Position numbers and translations under genes: made by a program. The notes under the pieces were generated by a model. The model had not been told where the DNA came from, ran no database searches, and saw only the letters and a list, made by a program, of their open reading frames with translations. A stretch of 33,018 nucleotides of DNA, from contig NC_068988.1 in the NCBI RefSeq assembly GCF_001194135.2, positions 47,803,680 to 47,836,697 of the forward strand, in the 5' to 3' direction. Each line of letters starts with the position of its first letter. Position 1 is the first letter of the stretch. This document shows, piece by piece, positions 23,377-33,018 of the stretch. The DNA is from Octopus bimaculoides. Its lineage: Eukaryota.

Positions 23377-23640
23377 GCAGTAGTAGTAGCAGTAGTAGTA
23401 ATAGTAGTAGTAGTTGTAGTAGTAGTATTACTATCATCATCTTTATCATCAATAGCAACAACGTTGTTTTTTATTATCATTAGGTTAATTATTATTATCA
23501 CTGTTGTTGTTATTATTATTATTATTATTATTATTGTTGTTGTTATTTTATCATCATCATCATTATCATAACTAGCACCACCACCACCACCACCACCACC
23601 ACCATCATCATCATCATGCATATTACATACATTATTAATC
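23140..23640. repeat. Compound triplet array (CAT)-(ATT)n-(AGT)n-(GTT)-(CAT)-(CCA)n
   Basis: Direct reading. Confidence 0.95.
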
Positions 23641-24169
23641 AATATTTTCTATCACAAAATAATAAACATCACTGCTATTATTAATATATCCCTTCTTCTC
23701 TTACTATTATTAATATTAATAAAAAAATAACAAAACAAAAAAAGAAATTAAAATAAGAGTATTTCATTTTGTTGCTGTTCTTGTTGTTGTCAAAATTAAT
23801 CGTTTCTGCACCACCACCATGACCACTAAGCAAAATTATTTTCATCATATCATCATCGTAATCATCATTACTATTATTTTTATTATTATTCTTTTCGTTG
23901 ATGTTGTGTTTCTTGTCATACATTTATGCAAATTACTGAGTGTATATTCTATGGAAATTTGTGATATAAAACTGTATTGATACAATTCAATCAGCCATTG
24001 GAAATATTGAAAAGCATCGGGTGACGTTATTCTGCCCTCTGTCATAGCTTCTATTCAAGACAATTTACCATTTTATTTAAATTTCAAGTAAATCCCCGAA
24101 CAAAATGGAATGGTAGAGATGAGGGTGAGAAAGGAAGAAGACGGGGAACAAAATGAAGATACAATATTT

Positions 24170-24841
24170 GTAAGAATACACACACACACACACACACACA
24201 CTTTGATGGGGAATATATAACATACAAAGACAAATGTGCTTACACATTTGTGCATGCGTGTATCTGTACATGTAGGTGAGTAACTGTATGTATGTGTGAG
24301 TGTGTCCATCTCTCAGTATGTATGTATGTGTTTGTGAGTGTGTGTGTGTGTGTATGTTTGTGTCTGCATGTGTGTATTTGTGTGAATGCATAGATGTATA
24401 AGAGCAACTCAGTGTAAAGTCAGATAAATCTAAATACATAACAATACAAGTATGCATGCATGTGTATGTGTGTGTGTGTGTGTGAATGTGTGTGTGCGTG
24501 ATTATACACACATATACATGCACACATGTATATATCTATAAATGATGTATCATATATATATATATATTAATATGCATACACATATATATATACATACACA
24601 GACATCCATATATGCATAAATGAATATGCATATATATATATANNNNNNNNNNNNNNNNNNNNNNNNNNNNNNNNNNNNNNNNNNNNNNNNNNNNNNNNNN
24701 NNNNNNNNNNNNNNNNNNNNNNNNNNNNNNNNNNNNNNNNNNNNNNNNNNNNNNNNNNNNNNNNNNNNNNNNNNNNNNNNNNNNNNNNNNNNNNNNNNNN
24801 NNNNNNNNNNNNNNNNNNNNNNNNNNNNNNNNNNNNNNNNN

Positions 24842-24874
<33 letters not shown>

Positions 24875-25013
24875 TGTATGATGCACATATACTTATATAA
24901 AAATGCATATATATATATTTGCATATGCTTATAAAAACATGCATATATATGTATACGTATCTGTCTGCCTATTTATTTGTCTATGCATATATTTATAACT
25001 ATGTCTATCTCCT

Positions 25014-25056
<43 letters not shown>

Positions 25057-25110
25057 ATCCATGTGAGTTACTGTATGCGTAGTAAGCATGTGTGTGTGTT
25101 TTAAATACAT
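24170..25110. repeat. CA/TG/TA low-complexity region including the gap 24643-24841
   Basis: Direct reading. Confidence 0.8.
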
Positions 25111-25310
25111 ACCTGCCCGTACACACATATATACATGTGTGTACTATTACCCACTTTCATTCATGTAGACATGAATACAGTGAATAGGGAGATAAAACAA
25201 CAAAAACTACAATAAAAATTTATAACATCACAGAAGCAAAATATAATTAACTCTCTCAAAACATTTCAGAAGGAAAACAAATAATAAAAAAATACGATAA
25301 ATGCATGGAA

Positions 25311-25312
<2 letters not shown>

Positions 25313-25385
<73 letters not shown>

Positions 25386-25389
25386 CAGT

Positions 25390-25421
<32 letters not shown>

Positions 25422-25545
25422 CAGCAGCAGCTGCAGCAGGATCATCATCATCATCATGAGAAGCAGTAGTAGTAGTAGTGGTGGTGGTGGTGGTGGTGGT
25501 GGTAGTAGTAGTAGCATCTGTAGTAGTTGTAACTGTAGTGGAAGC
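25313..25545. repeat. Compound triplet array (AGT)n-(AGC)n-(ATC)-(AGT)-(GGT)n
   Basis: Direct reading. Confidence 0.95.
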
Positions 25546-25665
25546 AATAATGGGTGGCAGTTGTGTTAGTGAGAATGGTAGTAGTTAGTGTACTAACATT
25601 AGCAGTTTAATAGTGTTGGTCATGATGGATGTTGTCTCAATAGTAGAATCTCCAGCAAAACATAC

Positions 25666-25714
25666 CGGTCTCTGTTTGCCAATGGGCAACGAGAAAAACA
25701 CAGAGAGTACAAAA
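25666..25714 (-). other. Candidate 49-nt exon (coding status unknown)
   Basis: Minus-strand acceptor catttctattttacag| and donor accg|gtatgt. All three frames are open (FCTLCVFLVAHWQTET, FVLSVFFSLPIGKQRP, LYSLCFSRCPLANRD). Confidence 0.3.
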
Positions 25715-26829
25715 CTGTAAAATAGAAATGTGCAATACAGACTACAATGTCAAGCAAATAACAAACATATGTGTGCTTTATCCATGCAACTATGAGTTTG
25801 CTAAAATACCTACCTATATTGATTACAAATCCTGGAATTTGATGTGGACGATTTAAAACAAAATGGTAGCCTATCTACAGTCCAGGTACTGAAGCAAATG
25901 AGCAAGGCAGCTGGATATATAATGGGTTGCTGAATAGTTCCTGGGCTTCAGGGTTTCATTAAAGGCCTGGCTGACGGCCCAACATTCCAAGTTCTTTTAC
26001 AAGGTTTAGAAAAAATGAAGGACTGCTTGCAATGAGTGTGTAAATCTGAGAGGGGAATATGTTAAATAAAATCATAATTAACTCATCCTCTGGTATTTTC
26101 TTTTACCCAAAGTCAAGCCCAGAACTTTCTAGCACTCACTTGTATGTGTGTGTGTGTGTGTGTGTNNNNNNNNNNNNNNNNNNNNNNNNNNNNNNNNNNN
26201 NNNNNNNNNNNNNNNNNNNNNNNNNNNNNNNNNNNNNNNNNNNNNNNNNNNNNNNNNNNNNNNNNNNNNNNNNNNNNNNNNNNNNNNNNNNNNNNNNNNN
26301 NNNNNNNNNNNNNNNNNNNNNNNNNNNNNNNNNNNNNNNNNNNNNNNNNNNNNNNNNNNNNNNNNNNNNNNNNNNNNNNNNNNNNNNNNNNNNNNNNNNN
26401 NNNNNNNNNNNNNNNNNNNNNNNNNNNNNNNNNNNNNNNNNNNNNNNNNNNNNNNNNNTATATATATATATATATATATATATATCAGTGAGTGGACAAA
26501 TGAAAGGAAAAAGCACTCACTCAGCACATTCAGTAGGAGTTTCATATATTATGATTTAAAACAGCTTTATTCAGCTCCATGCAAATTAAAGTTTGACAGG
26601 CTTCTAAAAGAAATCTGGCTCATTCAGGCTAAAATTACTGAAGGTAGGAATACAGTCATGTTGGGCTTCCTGCGTTGCTCCATTGACGAATCTAAGCCTG
26701 AAGTTTTGTTAGAAGCCTGCAAAACTTTAAGTTGAATGAAGCTGTATCAAACTGTTTTAAATAATATATGTGCGTGTGTGTGTGTATACATATTTATAAA
26801 TACATAGATATTAATACAAACATGGTTAT

Positions 26830-27164
26830 GTGGCCAGTATCCCCTGACTGGCTCTCATTCTGGTGGCACATAAAAAGCTCCATCCAAATATGGCCGAAGT
26901 CAGTACCCCCTGACTGGTTCCCCTGCCAGTGGCACAGAAATTACCCTATCCAAACATGATCGATGCCAGGTCTGCCTGACTGGCTCCTGCACATCAAAAC
27001 CACCCACTACACTCTCAGAGTGGTTGGTTTTAGGAAGGGCATCCAGCTGCACATCAAATTGGAGCCTAGTACAGCCGCTGGCTCTCGAGACCTTAGTCAA
27101 ACTGTTGAACCTATGCCAGCATGGAAAACAAATGTTAAACGATGATGATGATGATGACGACGAC
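26830..27164 (+). mobile_element. Family C (RTE-related 3' UTR) copy with three internal cctgactggctc...gcaca repeats and a (GAT)n tail
   Basis: Shares taggaagggcatccagctg with 11345-11367 and ends atgccagcatggaaaacaaatgttaaacgatgatgat. Confidence 0.8.
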
Positions 27165-28334
27165 ATGTACATATACACATATACATACATATGCCAAAGT
27201 GAAACCAAAATATATATACATATATATTATTTTCCTGAATTTGTGTAAATGTGTATAAAATAATATATCAGTTGAATAAAGTTACAATATGGTCTTGTNN
27301 NNNNNNNNNNNNNNNNNNNNNNNNNNNNNNNNNNNNNNNNNNNNNNNNNNNNNNNNNNNNNNNNNNNNNNNNNNNNNNNNNNNNNNNNNNNNNNNNNNNN
27401 NNNNNNNNNNNNNNNNNNNNNNNNNNNNNNNNNNNNNNNNNNNNNNNNNNNNNNNNNNNNNNNNNNNNNNNNNNNNNNNNNNNNNNNNNNNNNNNNNNNN
27501 NNNNNNNNNNNNNNNNNNNNNNNNNNNNNNNNNNNNNNNNNNNNNNNNNNNNNNNNNNNNNNNNNNNNNNNNNNNNNNNNNNNNNNNNNNNNNNNNNNNN
27601 NNNNNNNNNNNNNNNNNNNNNNNNNNNNNNNNNNNNNNNNNNNNNNNNNNNNNNNNNNNNNNNNNNNNNNNNNNNNNNNNNNNNNNNNNNNNNNNNNNNN
27701 NNNNNNNNNNNNNNNNNNNNNNNNNNNNNNNNNNNNNNNNNNNNNNNNNNNNNNNNNNNNNNNNNNNNNNNNNNNNNNNNNNNNNNNNNNNNNNNNNNNN
27801 NNNNNNNNNNNNNAAACACACAAATGCACACACACACACATACATACATACATATACATATATACATATATATTATTTTCCTGAATTTGTGTAAATGTGT
27901 ATAAAATAATATATCAGTTGAATAAAGTTACAATATGGTCTTGTTCTCACGTTCATTTATTGTTTTAAAACATTTTTTGTTATTGTATTTTAAAATATTT
28001 TTTACAGTGTTGAAGTGTGTTAAACATTAAAAATTATTTTGTAAAGTTCATAAAGTTCAGTTAATACTTTCATACGTTCGTAGTAATCACCAGATTTCAA
28101 AATGTATTGACTGACAGTTGAGTTGAGTGCTTGATAACTGTAGTAAAATGTCTGACTTTTTCCTTTTTATACCTCTTAGAAGGCTCTAACCATGTTGTAA
28201 TTTAATTCAACTGATATACATACATATCGATATATAGATAGATGGCTGGACAGACAGACTGATAGCTAGTTAGATAGATACTTTATGTATACCTACCTCC
28301 ATACTATTGTACATGCATACATACATGCAAGCAT

Positions 28335-28500
28335 TGCTATATAGCCAAGAAGCTCACTTTCAAAGCATAAGGTTTTGGGTTCAGTCTTACTGAACGGTAC
28401 ACTGAGCAAGTGCATTTTATTACACTCCTAGGCCAACCAATGCATTCTGAGTGAATTTGGCTGACAGAAACTGTGTAGAAGCCTGTCTTATATCTATGTT
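28335..28500 (+). mobile_element. Old family A SINE, 5' half
   Basis: gggttcagtcttactg...ctgagcaagtg...ctgagtgaatttggctgacagaaactg...gaagcctgtc aligns to 5260-5375. Confidence 0.7.
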
Positions 28501-28728
28501 TATATGTATATATGTAGATGTGTATGTATATACACAAACTATAGAACAAAAAAATCAGTACATGACATCCTTTGAATATTTCCTAAAAATGTAGTCCTAA
28601 CCACCAAAATACTGAAAATCAAAATCAAGCAGAACCTATCAACTTGAATAATTTCTTATAATTTGTATTGCTTAGGCTTTATAAAAAAAATCAATTAAAA
28701 ACATTTAGATATATGTATATATATATAC

Positions 28729-28861
28729 CATCATCATCATCATCATCGTTTAACGTCCGCTTTCCATGCTAGCATGGGTTGGACGATTTGACTGAGGACT
28801 GGTGAAACCGGATGGCAACACCAGGCTCCAATCTAATTTGGCAGAGTTTCTACAGCTGGAT
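28729..28861 (-). mobile_element. Family C (RTE-related) 3' end, running into the gap 28862-28960
   Basis: (cat)n cgtttaacgtccgctttccatgctagcatgggttggacg...ggcagagtttctacagctggat; the last part is the reverse complement of 11358-11378. Confidence 0.85.
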
Positions 28862-28976
28862 NNNNNNNNNNNNNNNNNNNNNNNNNNNNNNNNNNNNNNN
28901 NNNNNNNNNNNNNNNNNNNNNNNNNNNNNNNNNNNNNNNNNNNNNNNNNNNNNNNNNNNNTATGTATGTATGTAAA

Positions 28977-29007
<31 letters not shown>

Positions 29008-29599
29008 GTAAAGTTACATGAGTGACTCGAGGGCCAAGAATTTTATATATTCAACTTTTCACACTAACCTAAATTTTTAGAATTCCCTTACTATATAGTT
29101 GTGAATTACAATTTTTTTCCAGTATTTTCTTTCAAAAATTTTATTGAAGTGTGATGGTTATGTGATAATCAATACATTTTAAAACCAGTCCGAAAGGATA
29201 AAAATTGAAAAAACTATATTTGTATGAGTACAAACAGTATAAATAGTTGTACAAAAACAGACTCATAAGCATATCCTCACATAAACACATAAACATGTAT
29301 ACTCACATGTAAATATATACACATATATGCGTGTATGCACACGCATATCTATATGAATTTACATATATGCATACACATATAGATATATAAATACATAAAT
29401 AAATACATGTACACATATACATTTAATTATGTACAAGCTCATAAAAATATAGATATGCAGGGAAATGTAAAGAAACTAGATTCATGAAATCTAAATATAC
29501 AAAAACATAAGTGAATAAAATATGAAGTTTAATGTTGCAGGTTATATTTTGTGCATCCATTTACTTGCTTGCAGGAATGTGGATGTGTGTATGTGAATA

Positions 29600-29611
29600 A
29601 TATCTTAAGCA

Positions 29612-29662
<51 letters not shown>

Positions 29663-29763
29663 AACACACACACACATGCACACGATAGAAATATGTAAAC
29701 ACTTATGAACATATAACTTATATGCATATATATAAATATATATATATTTATATATGTGCTTAT

Positions 29764-29853
<90 letters not shown>

Positions 29854-29960
29854 ATGCATGTATGTATATGCATGTTTGTATTTACTCATATATATGCACA
29901 CAAATATATACTCCTACACACGGACACACATACATATAATACATGCTTATACAAATATAT
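29600..29960. repeat. (TA)n/(TG)n/(TATG)n compound microsatellites
   Basis: Direct reading. Confidence 0.9.
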
Positions 29961-30659
29961 AAATGAACATTTTACATGTAGCTTATCTATGAATATGGGC
30001 CACTCGAATTGGTTGAAGGTGAGAACTATAAAAAATGGAAATGAAAAAGCATTAGAGCAAAGTTAAAGACAATATTGGAGAGCAATTTGGTAAACAAGTA
30101 GGTTAGGCAAATGCATGCCTTATGCAAAACTTGCACTCTATCATCTAGTAGTTAATTTGAAGATGGTTGGATAAATTTTGTTTGGTGAGGGCATAAAAAT
30201 ACTGACTTTAATTTGTAATTTAACATTTGAAGAAATCGTATTAGGTACTGGATTTTTTAGATCTGCAAAGGGAGCATTTGTAGCAATTCAAATAGACAAG
30301 AGTGGATTTAATAAATACTCCATTAATATTGTAGTCAGAGATAACATTATCTCTGAAACAACTGATGTCTCTCAAGCATTTTGTGGTTCTTTTGACTTCA
30401 TGTCTAAACATGCATGTGCATTGAACATATCTGGGTATAAAACTGTCATCTCTGAGGTCTATGTAATGCTTTATATTATTGTTGCTATTGACAGAAACCT
30501 TTATGCAATTTATAACACTTTTTGAAAACATTTAATGTTTGAAAAGCATGTGCTTCTGTTAAGGCTTTCACACCGATGTGAAGAACAAGGGAAGTAACCA
30601 ATGTTTTCCTGTGAATCTTTTAAGACAAGGCAAAAATTATCCATACACCTGCAACTTAC

Positions 30660-30699
30660 TTTGAGGTTATTGTTATTAAGACTTTTATGTAACTTATAG
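30660..30699 (-). other. Candidate 40-nt exon (coding status unknown)
   Basis: Minus-strand acceptor gcacttttctcgcag| and consensus donor aaa|gtaagt. Two frames are open (YKLHKSLNNNNLK or ISYIKVLITITS). Confidence 0.35.
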
Positions 30700-31349
30700 C
30701 TGCGAGAAAAGTGCTTATATCTAAATTTAGAAAAGATTGGTTGATGTGAGATCTGTATTTTATGTAAAAGGTAAGTTGTACCCTATAACTTCCCTTCTTT
30801 TGGTGTTGCTAACATTGTTTTGTTGGGAATGTACTCAAAATTGCAAACACTACAAGATGTTGATACGTCTTTTCATCAAAAGGTATTCCATAAATTCTCC
30901 AACTAAAGTAAATTTTATTAGGAGGGAAGACAGGATAGTTGAATTTTACATGATAAGAGCTATAATCAATTGAACCTAGATTGAGCTTATGATCTGAAAA
31001 AGCTGGCTGTTACAATAATCTTATGGTCAAAACTTTTGAAGTATCAACGAAATCTTTTAAAAATCTGTCTAACAAATTTCTATTCCACTTACAAGTTACA
31101 ATTAGACCTTTTCCCTGTATAATACTAAACCCATAAAACCAACTCTAGATAGCAGGTTCTCTAAAATAAATACTTAAGCTCCATCAAAACAGATGGTAGG
31201 GTCATCAAAAGACTTTGTACTATAGCTCATTACCCAGAAAGTATCACTGTATGGAAGATGTCTCCTAGCATGGTTAGCACAATTCACATTATTCTCTCAA
31301 GACTAATACCTAGTTATTCCTTATTTCAAATTAAGCATGCATTAGTTTG

Positions 31350-31470
31350 TAGCTTTAAGATTTTTATGAGCTAACTGTTAAATTTTAGAATGACATTGTA
31401 GGATTGGCGTGAGAGATCAGATTTGGCCAGTTTGAGTATAAACCAGGTAGAATATTTGAGCCAGATTATA
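31350..31470. mobile_element. Possible fragment of a non-autonomous DNA transposon
   Basis: ttttagaatgacattgtagg...tttggccagtttgagtataaaccaggtagaatatttg resembles an abundant octopus repeat end (from memory only). Confidence 0.3.
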
Positions 31471-31551
31471 AAGTATATACAGCTGAACCATATGGCTTTC
31501 ATTAAATGGGTTTCAGTAAAAGAATAATGTCAGATTGTATGATCTACAGCT

Positions 31552-32012
31552 GTTCTTTTATTCCTTTATTTGTTTCAGTCATTTGACTGCAGCCATGCCG
31601 AAGCACTACCTTTAGTCAAACAAATCAACTCAGGGACTTATTCTTGGTAAGCTTAGTACTTATTCTATCGTTCTCTCTTGCTGAACCGCTAAGTAATGAG
31701 GGACATAAACACACCGATATCAGTTGTCAAGTGATGGTGGGTAGGGGGGACAAACACAGACACACAAACATACACACACAAAAACACACACAAACACACA
31801 CACACGCACACACACACACACGTGCACACATGCACACATTTATATATAAGATAGGCTTCTTTCTGTTTCCGTCTGCCAAATCCACTCACAAGGCTTTGAT
31901 TGGCCTGAGGCTATCATAAAAGACACTTGCCAAAGGCGCTACACAATGGGACTGAACTTGGAACCATGTGGTTGGTAAGCAAGCTACTTACTACTACACA
32001 ACCATACCTGCA
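31552..32012 (-). mobile_element. Full-length family A SINE with internal (CA)n tract
   Basis: Reverse complement of 5219-5720 from tail to tRNA-like head (gggactgaacttggaaccatgtggttggtaagcaagctactta...). Confidence 0.9.
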
Positions 32013-32040
32013 CTGTTTATTATATAAATTTTGTTTCCAG

Positions 32041-32065
32041 GGAGGAGGATAAGATGACTGCATAA
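32041..32065 (+). CDS. Candidate terminal coding exon start, (R)EEDKMTA*
   Basis: Acceptor ataaattttgtttccag|g. Phase-compatible with the candidate exon 21280-21333; very short and unconfirmed. Confidence 0.2.
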
Positions 32066-32413
32066 TTGTACTATTAATGGCATTAATACAATTTCATTCA
32101 CTGTTAGTCTGATTAACAAGCCAGCATTTAATTTCAGGTAAAAAATTAGATTTATAGTCTTTTGAAGTAATCCAATGGGAGTCTGGCAAGTAAACTGTTT
32201 ATTATATTCATCTAAAAGGCAGAGACTAAATGTTTGCTTACTTGTTAATAAGGCTATCAGTATTAGGATTAGTTTTCTTATAAGTTTACGTAATGTTGCT
32301 AGTAAAGAACTATCTATAGAAATCTTGCACTTCATAAATAGTTTCATCCTATTTGAGAGGACACGCAACTACCTAGAGTTGCAGGAATGCTTTAAAACAT
32401 TAGTTAAGATATC

Positions 32414-32524
32414 TTAGAAAGGATTAGAAACATTTCTGAATTTTTCCTTCTTTATCATATTCTGCAAATTGAATTCAACAGCTTCTGGTGCTTTAATTTG
32501 TGGTGGAATTTTCTTGCCTTTAAT
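32414..32524 (-). CDS. Candidate terminal coding exon of an unidentified gene extending right of the window: IKGKKIPPQIKAPEAVEFNLQNMIKKEKFRNVSNPF*
   Basis: Acceptor ttacacatatatcag| (weak pyrimidine tract), 36 protein-like codons, then TAA. AATAAA on the minus strand at 32198-32203, about 210 nt downstream. No homology confirmed. Confidence 0.4.
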   Translation of the reverse strand: MKGKKIPPQIKAPEAVEFNLQNMIKKEKFRNVSNPF

Positions 32525-33018
32525 CTGATATATGTGTAACATAATTTTTTATGCTACTGGATTTCAAATATGTACTTTCCAAGACATGTGTGCTGAGTAA
32601 ATACATGTGTTGCTTCCAGTAACAGCTTACATATTGTTACATGCTGGCTTGCAGAATTCATGTTAATATATAGGATTTATCAATTTACAGACCACAGAAC
32701 AGAATAGTTAAAAGAAACAAGAGAAATTGAACACTATGTGATGGTATATTTATATTTTACTTAACTGCTAACTTACATAAGTGACACAGAGGCAAAGAAT
32801 TTTATGCATTACACTTATCCAAATAACTAAAAAAATTGTAAATTCACTCTTTATGTAGGTATGAATTAAAATTTTCCCAAATGCTCATTAGGTTGATAAT
32901 TAAAATGCAAGAAACTCTCAATCCTTCAGTCAGGTAACTTTACTGTTGAATATAATATATACATAGTGTTAAGTATTGATTTGTATTTTCCCAATTTGTT
33001 CCAATAAACCTATATATA

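Noticed and set aside
25666-25714. AHWQT match to the CEPT1/CHPT1 motif, and SYIK.L.T match to cystinosin at 30660-30699
   Set aside because: The matches are only 4-6 residues, flanking residues disagree, and no further exons of either gene were found.
26830-27000. CRISPR-like repeat-spacer pattern (also 11090-11300)
   Set aside because: These are degenerate internal duplications of a LINE 3' UTR; the intervening sequences are homologous rather than unique spacers, there are no cas genes, and the context is eukaryotic.
30178-30531. Overlapping 115-aa (+) and 96-aa (-) ORFs, plus similar 78-124 aa ORFs at 19118, 30737, 31994 and 32175
   Set aside because: No recognisable domain, mostly non-ATG starts, and no convincing splice flanks; lengths are compatible with chance.

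Overview
AT-rich, repeat-saturated eukaryotic DNA with 11 assembly gaps (about 4.3 kb of N, about 13% of the window). The repeat families look like coleoid cephalopod (most likely Octopus) DNA; that assignment is an inference from recognising the repeats, not a database result. No complete gene, tRNA, rRNA or CRISPR array is supportable. Almost all ORFs in the supplied track are artefacts of microsatellites, N-runs or SINEs. Supportable content: three tRNA-headed SINE families (one CORE-like with an internal microsatellite, one with a Meta/MESC-like core, and one truncated third type); the 3' end of an RTE-clade LINE plus several tail-only copies; a decayed restriction-like-endonuclease (R2/R4-superfamily) non-LTR fragment; a mariner transposase 3' fragment; a probable Tc1-like fossil; and many compound microsatellites. 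A few short splice-flanked segments may be real exons of unidentified host genes (+21280-21333, +32041-32065, -32414-32524, -30660-30699, -25666-25714). I found no convincing new biological system. The most interesting leads are a hammerhead-ribozyme-like fold in a repeat at 4148-4215, closely spaced inverted SINEs that could be A-to-I editing substrates, module sharing between SINE families, and a UGA-only reading frame at 1139-1588. All are hypotheses.
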